Source: an uncultured Verrucomicrobiae bacterium (GTDB lineage Bacteria; Verrucomicrobiota; Verrucomicrobiia; Opitutales; JABDGR01). Taken from it: 64,000 nt of DNA. The translations under genes and the position numbers were made by a program. The stretch covers positions 817,425 through 881,424 of the forward strand of contig CAVXVB010000009.1 of assembly GCA_963765205.1 (NCBI GenBank). The letters are read 5' to 3'. Position 1 is the first letter of the stretch; the number at the start of each line of letters is the position of its first letter. This document shows positions 29,530-39,796 of the stretch, piece by piece. The notes beneath the pieces are model-generated. The model made no database searches. It was not told the DNA's origin and saw only the letters and a list, made by a program, of their open reading frames with translations.

Positions 29530-30555
29530 TTATTTCCGCCTCCCCGCCAGTAGCTGAAACTTCCCCCCGAGGTGCGCGGGGTGGAGCAATTCCATCAGGG
29601 TTTGGCGTGCAGGGGAAAACGCCTCGGCGTTTTCTGCGAGGAGTTTTTCGATTTCCGCCGCCGCGTGCCGCATGAAAAACGCCTCCTGCCGCTCGACCCG
29701 CACATCGGCAAAGCCGTTCTTCTGCAGCACGCGTTCGAGCCGGTCCCAGCAGACGTGGCAGGTGAGGTCCTGTTCGCCGGGCCGGGCCAGCAATGCATCC
29801 GAAATTTCATGTCTGTAATACGCCCGCGCCGTGCCGACGGGTCGTTCATTAATGAGTTCTGCCCAATCGTGCCCGTAATCGGCAAGGATGATAGCGCCCC
29901 GCGAGGGAGCAGCAGTGAGTTCGCGCAAAAGCTCTTCGGCATCGAGGGATATGTCCAGATGGTATTCCTCCGGCGCAACAGTGGGCAAGGACGGCACCAA
30001 GGATTGCGCCGCGGGGGACATGCCCTCCAACTCGACCTCGGCTAAATCTTCGCCGTCCACGCGCACACCCAACTCCCGCCATACGCCGCGCCGGAACACG
30101 AATCGGTGAAACGGTTGGGCGTCGAGCCACTCATTCGCAAAAATGACGCTGCGCGCCGGCGGCCTCAGTTCGTCTCCCAGCCGTCGGGTGATAATTTGGG
30201 TGAAGGGCTCGGCGTCCCGGCCAAACACACCTGCGCCCGGCTCCGCGCCAACTTCAAGCAGTGCATAATCTTTCGGCGCCTCCGGCTCGATCAGCTTCGC
30301 TGCGGCGGCCCGCAACAGCCGGCCAAAAATCCCGCCCCGCAGGCTGGTCGCCGTGTAGAAATCCGTCCCCGCGCCGCGGCCCACGCGCACGCGCTCCGCG
30401 TGCTGGTAGTAGCCCAGGCCCGGCGCGTAGAGCGCCTCGGCCACGAAATCGCGATAGCTTAAGACGCCGTTTGGCCCCGCCATCAGGCGCAGGCGCGCAC
30501 GCATGGCCGGCTTGGGCGGGGTGGGGGAACGCGCTTGCGCGGCGGCGGGCTTCAT
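29530..30555 (-). CDS. SAM-dependent methyltransferase, MidA/NDUFAF7 family
   Basis: ALYAPGLGYY, DFYT, ANEWLDAQP, PGEQDLTCHV, LLHPAHLGGKF. Confidence 0.85.
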   Translation of the reverse strand: MKPAAAQARSPTPPKPAMRARLRLMAGPNGVLSYRDFVAEALYAPGLGYYQHAERVRVGRGAGTDFYTATSLRGGIFGRLLRAAAAKLIEPEAPKDYALLEVGAEPGAGVFGRDAEPFTQIITRRLGDELRPPARSVIFANEWLDAQPFHRFVFRRGVWRELGVRVDGEDLAEVELEGMSPAAQSLVPSLPTVAPEEYHLDISLDAEELLRELTAAPSRGAIILADYGHDWAELINERPVGTARAYYRHEISDALLARPGEQDLTCHVCWDRLERVLQKNGFADVRVERQEAFFMRHAAAEIEKLLAENAEAFSPARQTLMELLHPAHLGGKFQLLAGRRK

Positions 30556-30580
30556 GTTGCAATGTCGGCTTCCCCCCACC

Positions 30581-31954
30581 GTGCCGCGTTCGCCCAATCT
30601 ATTCAAGCGCGTCTTCCTGCCCGTCCTCGGTTTATTTCTGTTGACGGCGTTCCTCGTGCGCATGGCGTTTGACCGCGACTTCGACACGGCGCTGCTGGCC
30701 GGCGGGCGCGAAGTGCGCGGGCTGTTCGACCCGCAATTCTGGCAGCAATGGTGGCGGGTCGGGCGCGTCATGGAAGTGGCCCACCAGAATTACCTCCACG
30801 ACAACAAGGTCACGTATGACAAACTGGCCGACTCGGCCCTCAACCATGTGCTCGACGGCCTCGATCGTTACACGGATTACCTTTCGCCGGAGAGTTACCA
30901 GGAATTCGAGCGCGAGAGCAAACAGCACCCGGTGGGGATAGGCGTGGATATCGAGCGACGCAACGGCACCATCCAGATCGTCCGCATTTATCGCGGCAGC
31001 CCCGCCGCGGAAAAGGGCTGGCAGCCCAACGACCGCATTCTGGCCATTGACGGCACCGATGTGCGCGACTTCACCGTGGCGGGCGTCGCGGATTTGTTGC
31101 ACGGCCCGGAAAATTCGAAAGTGGTCGTCCGGCGCGAACGCCCGGGCGAATTCACCCAGGAGGAAACGCTCACACGCGGGGGTTTCGATGTGCCGAGCAT
31201 TCGCGACAGCGAAGTGCGCCCGGACGGGGTCGGTTACCTGCGCGTCACCCAATTTGGCGACAACACGGGCGGCGAATTCGCGGACACTCTGAGTGGCATG
31301 ATGGGGCCGGAAACGCTGCGCGGGCTGATCATTGATTTGCGCGACAACACGGGCGGCTTGCTCGAAGCGGATGTCGAGGTCAAGATGCTGCAGACGTTGT
31401 TGCCGGACAACTCCAGCATCGTCACCACGAAAGACCGGGACGGCCACGTGGTGCAGAGTTTGAAGACGCCGCTGCCGGCGGCGCCGCCGTCGGTGGACGG
31501 CTCCCCGCTGGACCAGCCGGAGGACGTGCATTACGCCGGCCCCGTCGTCGTGCTCGTCAACGAAAACACCGCGAGCGCCGCGGAAATTGTCGCGGGAGCC
31601 TTGCAGGACCACCACCGCGCCGTCCTCGTTGGCCAGCGCACCTATGGCAAAAGCGTCGTGCAAAGCATCATTACGCTCAGCGACGGTGGCGCACTCCACC
31701 TGACCACCGAAGACTATTTCCTCCCCAGCGGCCACTCCATCCCGCTGGACGGCATTGCACCCGACGTGTTCGTCCCCCAAACAAGTGACGAGCATGAATC
31801 GCTACGCATCCAGAACTCCGACCTGCGCCCCGATTTGCACCGTTTCACGAATGCGACCTTTGTTGCCGCCTTCGGCTACGCACCCGTGCCCGACCCGGAA
31901 ATTGAAACCGCCGCCAGCCTGATCCGCGCCGTCACCCCGAATTTCGCCAAATAA
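30581..31954 (+). CDS. ctpA: C-terminal processing protease (S41A, PDZ)
   Basis: DLRDNTGG, TASAAEIVAGALQD, RTYGKSVVQ; start codon uncertain. Confidence 0.88.
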   Translation: MPRSPNLFKRVFLPVLGLFLLTAFLVRMAFDRDFDTALLAGGREVRGLFDPQFWQQWWRVGRVMEVAHQNYLHDNKVTYDKLADSALNHVLDGLDRYTDYLSPESYQEFERESKQHPVGIGVDIERRNGTIQIVRIYRGSPAAEKGWQPNDRILAIDGTDVRDFTVAGVADLLHGPENSKVVVRRERPGEFTQEETLTRGGFDVPSIRDSEVRPDGVGYLRVTQFGDNTGGEFADTLSGMMGPETLRGLIIDLRDNTGGLLEADVEVKMLQTLLPDNSSIVTTKDRDGHVVQSLKTPLPAAPPSVDGSPLDQPEDVHYAGPVVVLVNENTASAAEIVAGALQDHHRAVLVGQRTYGKSVVQSIITLSDGGALHLTTEDYFLPSGHSIPLDGIAPDVFVPQTSDEHESLRIQNSDLRPDLHRFTNATFVAAFGYAPVPDPEIETAASLIRAVTPNFAK

Positions 31955-31962
31955 ATTGCCGC

Positions 31963-33021
31963 ATGATTCTCGCCCTTGAAAGCTCGTGCGACGAATCGGC
32001 GCTGGCGCTGTTCGACCCCGCGCGCGGCCTCGTCGGCGAATGGGTCCACAGCCAGATCGCGCTGCACCGCGAATATGGCGGCGTGGTGCCCGACCTCGCC
32101 AGCCGCGAGCACCTTGACCGTTTTCCCGCGCTGCTGGCCCTCGCCGCCCGGCAACCGGAATACGCGCAAGTCACGCAAATCGCCGTGACGTATGGGCCGG
32201 GCCTGGCCGGTTGTCTGGCCCTCGGGCTTGCACTGGGCCAGGCGCTTGCGTTCGCTAAAAATGTGCCCCTCACCGGTGTTAACCATCTGCGCGGCCATGT
32301 CTGGTCGCCGTTCATCACCCTCCACGCGCGCGAGCCGGGCCGCTTTGCGGAAAATATGCGCGCCTTGCTGCCACACCTTGGCTTGATTGTCTCCGGCGGC
32401 AACACGCTGTTGTTTATTTTGGAGGAAGGCGGGCGCCTGCGCGTCGTCAACCGCACTGTGGACGACGCCGCCGGCGAGGCGCTCGACAAAGGCGCGAAGT
32501 TGCTGGGCCTGCCGTATCCGGGCGGCCCGCTCGTCGAGCAATGGGCTGCGCGGGGCGACGCGCATGCCTACGATTTTCCGCGCGCGCTCGGGGAGGGGAG
32601 TGCCCGCGCGCAGACTCCGTTCAGTTTCTCGGGCCTGAAAACCAGCCTGCGCTACCGCCTCGAAAAAATGACCCCCGCGCAAATCGAAAACGCCCAAGCG
32701 AACCTCTGCGCCAGCTACCAGGCCGCCGTCGTCGGTCAACTCTCCGCCAAAACCGCGGCCGTGCTCGAATCCGACGATCCTGATCTCCCGCCTCTGCGCA
32801 GCCTCGGCCTCTCCGGCGGCGTGGCCAACAACCAAACCCTCCGCGCCGCGCTGGCCGCGCTCGCCGCAAAACATAATCTCCCCCTCCTCGCCGCCGAACC
32901 CCGTCACACCGGCGACAACGCCGCCATGATCGCCTTCACCGCCTGGGCCCACCCCGCCCATGTCGTGAATTTTGATTCCTCCCACCCCGCTACCTTCGAA
33001 CCGTCGCTGTCGCTTGAGTGA
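31963..33021 (+). CDS. tsaD: tRNA threonylcarbamoyltransferase TsaD
   Basis: ESSCDE, YGGVVPDLASREH, DDAAGEALDK, GGVANN, DNAAMIA. Confidence 0.95.
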   Translation: MILALESSCDESALALFDPARGLVGEWVHSQIALHREYGGVVPDLASREHLDRFPALLALAARQPEYAQVTQIAVTYGPGLAGCLALGLALGQALAFAKNVPLTGVNHLRGHVWSPFITLHAREPGRFAENMRALLPHLGLIVSGGNTLLFILEEGGRLRVVNRTVDDAAGEALDKGAKLLGLPYPGGPLVEQWAARGDAHAYDFPRALGEGSARAQTPFSFSGLKTSLRYRLEKMTPAQIENAQANLCASYQAAVVGQLSAKTAAVLESDDPDLPPLRSLGLSGGVANNQTLRAALAALAAKHNLPLLAAEPRHTGDNAAMIAFTAWAHPAHVVNFDSSHPATFEPSLSLE

Positions 33022-33065
33022 GCGGAAGTATGGTGGAAGAATCGAGAAACAGACCAGTTTTGATG

Positions 33066-33242
33066 CTATTTGATCCTTAAATGTGACAGCAATTCAGTGA
33101 ACTTAGCGATATGTTTAACCATATCGGCAAATTTAACTTGAATTGCGTCATCATCAAGTCTAACAGACGCTTTATTAATTCGACTACCGGCTTGCGTCAG
33201 TAGATGCTCAATTTCTTCGTAATCTTCAATTTTATTTTTCAT
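33066..33242 (-). CDS. Small AT-rich hypothetical protein (58 aa, MKNKIEDYEE...)
   Basis: Read manually; below the ORF-track cut-off; lies in an AT-rich patch. Confidence 0.35.
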   Translation of the reverse strand: MKNKIEDYEEIEHLLTQAGSRINKASVRLDDDAIQVKFADMVKHIAKFTELLSHLRIK

Positions 33243-34086
33243 ATTATTTTTAGGATTTTATATTGTCATACATATCATCTAAATTTCTGAAACTAAATCG
33301 TGAAATGTTTTTAATTTAAAAGGCATTTGCCGACCCATCGCCTAAATGCCTAACTATCATTCACTTCCATTGGCACTTCTGGATTTTATGTTGCGGTGTT
33401 GGGTGAGCCGCGTTGCATTTTTATTTAATTTGATTCAAGGACAGGTTAATGCTTGCACTATAATATACTAAAAAATCCTCGATTTTCAAGGAAAAAATAA
33501 AAAAGGCTCAAAAGAATTAAGGTTTTTAATTACAACCACCACCACGGCCTTCTTTCTAAGCGAGGCGAATTCACTCAAACTAGGGTTAGCTTCTCTCAAA
33601 ATACTTGTCTTTGGTAATCAGTTTGACGCCTTTCGCTATGCCATATAATCTCACGAGGCCGGGATCGGTGCGCCTCAACTCCATTAACCAGACGATCTCC
33701 GATTCCTTTTCGGGATTCTTCACCAACGGTTTAGACGCGCTCGTTTTCCGCTTCCGCGCCCGATGTTTGGCTCGGTGGATCGTTTTATCCGAAGCGTTAA
33801 GCCGCAACTTCATGGGCTTCATGGTTTCAGATTCATCGGATATCTTCAAGAGGCAATGGCGAGCGTTAGACCATTTGACAAGAAGCGGTCGGTGGGACGC
33901 CGACCGCAGCGACCGGGACGGTCGTGTCCCCGAGGACTGAAGAATCATGCCTATTTTGACCATGCGCCGTTGGCGACAACTTTTACTTGACTATCTTACC
34001 TAATTGACCAAAGATAAGGCGCAAACACCGCCGAGACAGGGTTTGGCATCGCCTAACCCATTCTCTCCTGTCATTTTTTTATTTTC

Positions 34087-35840
34087 ATGATAACCGACAC
34101 CGGCATAGACATCCCGGCGGTCAAAGAACCGTCGAAAAACGAGGGCATCAAGGAGGCCAGCCACTATCTGCGCGGCACCATCTTGGAGGGCCTGGCGGAC
34201 GCGTCCACGGGCGCGGTGTCGGAGGAGGATTCGCAGCTCCTGAAGTTCCACGGCACCTACCTGCAGGACGACCGCGACTTGCGCAACGCGCGCCGCAAGG
34301 AAAAGCTCGAAAAGGCCTTCATTTTCATGGTGCGCGTGCGCGTGCCGGGCGGGGTCTGCACGCCGCCACAATGGCTGGAAATTGACCGCATCGCCGGCCA
34401 ATACGCCAACGGCACCATCAAGCTGAGCACGCGCCAGGCGTTTCAGTTGCACGGCATCCTCAAGGGCAACCTCAAGGCCTCGATCAAGGAAGTCAACGAG
34501 GCGCTGCTTTGCACGCTCGCGGCTTGCGGCGACGTGAACCGCAACGTGATGTGCAACCCAAACCCGCATCTGTCCGCCATCCACGCGCAGGCGCTCGATT
34601 ACGCCCTGCAATTGACGCAGCACCTTTCCCCGCGCACGCCCGCCTACCACGAAATTTGGCTCGATAAGGAACGCGTGGCCGGCGGCGACACCGGCGGCGA
34701 GGACGACGCGTCCGACCCGGTCGAGCCGATTTACGGCAAGCATTATCTCCCGCGCAAATTCAAAATCGCCATCGCCATCCCGCCGGACAACGACGTGGAT
34801 ATTTTCGCGAACGATCTTGGCTTCATCGCCATTGTCGAGGAGGGGCGGCTCGCGGGCTTTAATGTCACGGTGGGCGGCGGCATGGGCATGTCGCACAACA
34901 ACAAGGCGACGTATCCGCGCCTGGCCGACGTATGGGTTTTTGCACGCCCGCGCAAATCGTGGACGTTGCGGAGAAAGTCGTGCTCGTCCAGCGCGACTTT
35001 GGCGACCGCTCCGACCGCAAGCACGCGCGCCTCAAATACACCATTCAGGATCGCGGGCTGGACTGGTTCCGCGGCGAGGTCGAAGCGCGCCTCGGCTACA
35101 AATTGGAAACCGCGCGGCCCTTCACCTTCACCGACAATGGCGACCGCTACGGATGGACGGACGGCGTGGACGGCAACCAGCATCTAACGTTGTTCATCGA
35201 AGGCGGCCGTGTGCGAGGCCGGCAGCGGGACGGCCTGCGCGAGATCGCCAAAATCCACCGCGGCGATTTCCGGCTCACGGGGAACCAAAACCTCATCATC
35301 GGCGCCGTCGCCCCGTCCGAACGTCCGCGCATCGAGGCACTGCTCCAGGAATACGGTCTCGATCAAACCTGGCAGAATATCACGGGCCTGCGGCGCGGCG
35401 GCCTCGCCTGCGTCGCGTTGCCGACCTGCGGGCTGGCGCTCGCCGAAAGCGAACGCAATTTGCCGAATCTGGTGGACGAGCTGGAAAAAGTCATCCGCGC
35501 CGCCGGGCTGGCCGAGCAGTCCATCCACATCCGCTCGAGCGGCTGCCCGAACGGCTGCGCGCGCCCCTACCTGGGTGAAATCGGCCTCGTTGGCAAAGTG
35601 CCGGGCAAATACAATTTATACCTCGGCGCGGCGCACAACGGCTCGCGGCTGAACAAACTTTACAAGGAAGCGATCACCAACGAACAAATCGTGGTGGAAC
35701 TGACGCCCATCATCCAGCGCTACGCGGCCGAGCGCCATCCCGGCGAGAGCTTTGGCGACTTCGTCATCCGCGCGGGCTACGTCAAGGCCGTCACTTCCGG
35801 CGCGGTGGATTTCCATCACGACGCCGAGTGGCAAATTTAA
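34087..35840 (+). CDS. cysI: Sulfite reductase hemoprotein subunit (1-bp frameshift near 34931)
   Basis: [44 protein letters not shown]; join reads RLADV/MGFCTP. Confidence 0.92.
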
Positions 35841-35874
35841 TCTCGACCGCGCGCTTGGTCTGTATCGACGCGCC

Positions 35875-36180
35875 TCAGTTCTGCTCCATCTGCTGTTGCA
35901 GCGACCAGTGGATGTTTTCCAGCAGACTGCAAAAGTGGTGGCATTGGCCATCCCACGTCTCCGCGTCGGAGCCCGCGCGCCGGTATTCAATCTCCTGGCT
36001 GAGTTGAAACAGCTTGGGCAGGCCGAGCAGGCCCAGCGTATTGCGCAATTCGCCCGCGAGGCCGCGCACGGCGGACTCATCGCTCCGGTGCAAGGCGGCT
36101 CGCAATTGCGGCACCCGGGCGCTCATGGCGCCGAGGCAGAGTTGGAACACAAACCGGTCTTTGGCAGCAGGGGGTCTCAT
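35875..36180 (-). CDS. Hpt-like protein
   Basis: LRAAL...VRGLAGELRNTLGLLGLPKLFQLSQEIE resembles the Hpt pattern. Confidence 0.55.
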   Translation of the reverse strand: MRPPAAKDRFVFQLCLGAMSARVPQLRAALHRSDESAVRGLAGELRNTLGLLGLPKLFQLSQEIEYRRAGSDAETWDGQCHHFCSLLENIHWSLQQQMEQN

Positions 36181-36229
36181 GGCAGGGTTGAGTTAGGGAA
36201 GGAGGGCAGTTGGTCGGTGTTTTGAATAT

Positions 36230-36895
36230 TTACGCCGCGGCCGCAGCGGATTGATTCGTGGCGGCAAAGCGGGTGGCATGCGCGGCTGGCAGGCGAAATT
36301 CAAAATGCGCGCCACCTTCGCAGCGGTTGCGCATCCCGATTTTGCCGTGGTGGGTTGCGATAATTTGCCGGCTCAAGACCAGCCCGCGATCGGCCCCGGC
36401 GTCATCCGCGTCCAGGAGGCTAAAAAAGTGCTCTTCGTCTTCGAACAGTTCATTTTGCTCATCAAGCGGCACACCCGGGCCTTCGTCATCCACCCAGAGG
36501 CGCACCACGCCGTTTGCGCAGCACGCGCCCAAGGTGATGGTGCTGCCCGCCGGGGAGTATTTGATGGCATTGGAAAGCAGGTTTTCCAGCACGCGCTGGA
36601 TGCGGACTTCGTCGCACTCGGCGAGCAGGGCCGAGGCGGGCATCTCCACTTTCAGGGTGATTTGTTTGTGGGCGGCAATCGGTTGAAAGATCCACTCCGC
36701 CAGGCGCACTATTGAGGCCAAATCTTTTTTGGAGAATGGCTGGGTCTTGCGCCACGGGCTGTTTGTTGAAGTGGCCGGGCGACTGGCAGGCTTGGCTGGG
36801 CTGCTGGCTCCGAGGAGCTGCGGCGCAGCGACAAATTCGCGCTGCGTGCGGATGAACAGGTGCTGGAAGGCGTTGGTGAGTGAGGTGGCATTCAT
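36230..36895 (-). CDS. Stand-alone HATPase_c (histidine kinase catalytic domain) protein
   Basis: N box ENLLSNAIKYS, G1 box DDEGPGV; no H-box. Confidence 0.8.
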   Translation of the reverse strand: MNATSLTNAFQHLFIRTQREFVAAPQLLGASSPAKPASRPATSTNSPWRKTQPFSKKDLASIVRLAEWIFQPIAAHKQITLKVEMPASALLAECDEVRIQRVLENLLSNAIKYSPAGSTITLGACCANGVVRLWVDDEGPGVPLDEQNELFEDEEHFFSLLDADDAGADRGLVLSRQIIATHHGKIGMRNRCEGGAHFEFRLPAAHATRFAATNQSAAAAA

Positions 36896-37115
36896 GGTTC
36901 CTCATCTTCGCCCAACCCGGGGAATTCGCCCATTGGGAAAAACCCGGAACGGGTGGGGGTGTTATCGGGTAAATGCCTCCGGGGAATCCTGTAGGGAGGC
37001 GCCGAAAACCTCCTGATTCTCCCTCGGAAACAGCGTTTTCAGGCCGTCCTGGGTGCTTTGATCAAAAATTTCTGAATTTATCGCCGTCGCTTCCCTGGCT
37101 GGTCTCGAACACTCC

Positions 37116-38348
37116 CTACTGCTCTGCATTTCGATGCCGCATCACTGCATGACGCACCGCTGCGGCGAGCGCCGCGGCATTGCGCGCGGCGTCAAAGTTT
37201 TCCACCACCCAGGCATGGGCGCGCCGACGGATGGCTTCGGTTGCCTCTCCGTCGCGGATCGCGTGCAAAATCGCGTCGTGCCAGCTCTCCCAATCATCCA
37301 ATGCAGCGACAAAACCTGTTTGCCCGTGAATCACCGCCTCCATCGCTCCGGGCATGGGACTGGTGATAACCGGCACCCCCGCGACCATCGCTTCGGGGAT
37401 GACATTCGGCAGGCCGTCCCGGTCGCCGTCCGGTGCGACGATGCCCGTGAATAAAAACACGTCCGCCCACTCGCGCTGGAGTTTCGCCACTTCGCCATAG
37501 GCCAGCGCGCCAGTGATGTGGGTGCAATCTTCCAGGTCGAGTTCACGCGCGCACGCGCGCAGGTTGCGCTCGAGCGGGCCGCCGCCAATAATGCGGCACT
37601 CGAAGGTGATTCCACTCGCGCGCAAATACCGCAGCACCCGCAGCAATTCTGGAAATCCCTTTTTGGGGATGAGCCGCCCGATGGCGAGCAAATGCAAAAC
37701 CCGGCCTGGCGCGCGCCGTGGCGGTAGCGGTGGGATTTCACCGAGGCCGCGGCGAATTAAAACAATGTGCGAAGCGTTGGCCCCGCGATCAAGGAGGCGC
37801 GCGCGCGTTGCCAAGGTCGTCGTGTGGATCAGGCGCGCGTCGCGCAGCTTTTCTTCGAGCAGCCAGTCACCGCCGTGCTGAAACACATCGAAGGCGTGCG
37901 CACCCATGGTGTAGGGAACGCCCAGGAGGCGTTCGAGCATCCACCCGGCAGCGGCGGGCGTCGTGGCCCAGACGGCATGGCACAAATGCAGGCGCTGCGC
38001 GAGCATCTCAAATCGCCGCGAGTAAACCAGCGCAAACCCCAAACCGAGCAAATTTTCCCCGGCGTTCAGCCCCGATGGTGGCGGCCGGCGGGTGAGGGCG
38101 GTGGCGATTTCGAGCAGCACGCGTGGTCGCCGCCACAACCAGTAAGGCAACCACCAAAACAGGCTCAGCAATTCCCGCAAATCAAAGCGTTCAACGGCCA
38201 AGCCCTCCCATTGTTCCGCGCCGCCCCAGAGCGAGTGGAGCGTGAAATCCACGGGCTGCGCGCGCATGGCCCGCACCTCGCGCTGCAAAAAAGTCTCCGA
38301 CGCCTCGGGAAAGGTCGTGAACAGGTAAGCAAGGCGCAGGCGGGACAT
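37116..38348 (-). CDS. GT4 glycosyltransferase (WcaL-like)
   Basis: FPEASETF, GRLIPKKG, DRDGLPNVIPEAM. Confidence 0.9.
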   Translation of the reverse strand: MSRLRLAYLFTTFPEASETFLQREVRAMRAQPVDFTLHSLWGGAEQWEGLAVERFDLRELLSLFWWLPYWLWRRPRVLLEIATALTRRPPPSGLNAGENLLGLGFALVYSRRFEMLAQRLHLCHAVWATTPAAAGWMLERLLGVPYTMGAHAFDVFQHGGDWLLEEKLRDARLIHTTTLATRARLLDRGANASHIVLIRRGLGEIPPLPPRRAPGRVLHLLAIGRLIPKKGFPELLRVLRYLRASGITFECRIIGGGPLERNLRACARELDLEDCTHITGALAYGEVAKLQREWADVFLFTGIVAPDGDRDGLPNVIPEAMVAGVPVITSPMPGAMEAVIHGQTGFVAALDDWESWHDAILHAIRDGEATEAIRRRAHAWVVENFDAARNAAALAAAVRHAVMRHRNAEQ

Positions 38349-38471
38349 GAGGAAGGCGGGAGGTGGAAGGTGGAATAAAAGTTGAGTTTATTGGGTCGGG
38401 GAGGGGCAATCAAATGCCGGATTGAGTCTGGATATTAATAAAACGTATTTAACCCCAATGGACTCTGTCTT

Positions 38472-39734
38472 TTACATTGCTTTTAGCACCAGCGCCACGT
38501 TGGCGCCGCCGAACCCGCTGCTGTTGCTCAGGGCGACGCGCGGGCCTTGATCGAGATTGGCGCGGATGATGTTCAGGCCAGTGGCTTCGGGGTCGAGGAT
38601 ATGAATGTGCGCCGAGCCGGGGGTGAAGCCGTGCTTGATGGCCGCTGCGCAGATGACCGCCTCCAGAATGCTCGCCAGTGACAGTCCGTGGCCGGTCAGC
38701 GCCTTGGTCGAACTGATGGCGGGGCCATGGCCAGAATTAACGCCAAACACGGTTTTGAGCGCGCGCAGTTCGGAAAGGTCGCCGATGGGGGTAGAAGTGG
38801 CGTGGGCGTTGATATAATCCACATCGCCCGGTTGCAAGCCCGCCCGCCGTAGCGCGAGGCGCATGGCTTGCGCCAAGCCGCTGCCCTCGGGATGCGAAAT
38901 CGCGACATTGTGGCCGTCGGACGCCATGCCCCAGCCGGGCATCTCGCAATAAATTTCCGCACCGCGCCGCTTCGCCTCTTCCTCAGTTTCAAGCACCATC
39001 GCGCACGCCCCGCCCGCGCCGACAAAGCCGTCGCGATCTTTATCGAAGGGCCGCGACGCGGTGTTCGGATCCGGGTTCAAGCTCAAGGCACGCATACCGG
39101 CAAAGGGCAAAATTGTCTCCAAATTTCCATCTTCACCTCCGACGACGAGCATCCGCTTCTGGCGGCCGGCGGCCACTTCCTCCCACGCAAAGCCCAGCGC
39201 GTGCCCGGACGACGCGCAGGCCGACGCAAACCCGCACGACGAGCCCAGCACCTTGAACGCCGCGACCAGATTGAAACTGAGCGTGCCGACCACCGACGCG
39301 ACAATGCCCAGCGGTGAACAACGCATGACCCCGTGCTTTTCCAAGCGTGTCAAATTATGATGCAACATCAGCGTCGAACCCGCCGAGGCCGTGAACAACC
39401 CAGTATCCGGGTTGGAAACATCACCCGGCGCGAGCTTGGCGTCGGCGATGGCCTGCGTTAGCGCGCAATATCCATAGAGCACATGCGGCGCGAAGCCACG
39501 CAGGGTCTCGCGCCGGATTTTATAAAGGTCGGGAAAAGTCCAGTCCTCGGGGTCGGGAGACTCCACAGCGAAATCCTTGACCAACCCGGCCACCCGCACC
39601 GGGATATTCGGCGCGTCAAAACGCGGATACAACGACAAGCCGTGGCGCAGGTGGCGCAGACTGTCCACCACCGCCGCCTGGTCGTTGCCAATCGGGCAGA
39701 TAAAGCCGAGGCCGGTGATGACTACCTTGGGCAT
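38472..39734 (-). CDS. Beta-ketoacyl-ACP synthase (FabF/FabB family)
   Basis: SACASS, NAHATST, KALTGH, SSGFGG. Confidence 0.92.
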   Translation of the reverse strand: MPKVVITGLGFICPIGNDQAAVVDSLRHLRHGLSLYPRFDAPNIPVRVAGLVKDFAVESPDPEDWTFPDLYKIRRETLRGFAPHVLYGYCALTQAIADAKLAPGDVSNPDTGLFTASAGSTLMLHHNLTRLEKHGVMRCSPLGIVASVVGTLSFNLVAAFKVLGSSCGFASACASSGHALGFAWEEVAAGRQKRMLVVGGEDGNLETILPFAGMRALSLNPDPNTASRPFDKDRDGFVGAGGACAMVLETEEEAKRRGAEIYCEMPGWGMASDGHNVAISHPEGSGLAQAMRLALRRAGLQPGDVDYINAHATSTPIGDLSELRALKTVFGVNSGHGPAISSTKALTGHGLSLASILEAVICAAAIKHGFTPGSAHIHILDPEATGLNIIRANLDQGPRVALSNSSGFGGANVALVLKAM

Positions 39735-39796
39735 GAAGACCCGACCGTAGCAGGCAAAAGGCAAAATGGAAAATGGAAAATCGGCTCTCCCGCCAG

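Noticed and set aside
33586..33963. 125-aa basic ORF upstream of cysI
   Set aside because: Competing ORFs on both strands and no motif; I cannot support a call
34087..35840. Two separate sulfite reductase genes
   Set aside because: The halves join into one CysI with a single-base correction
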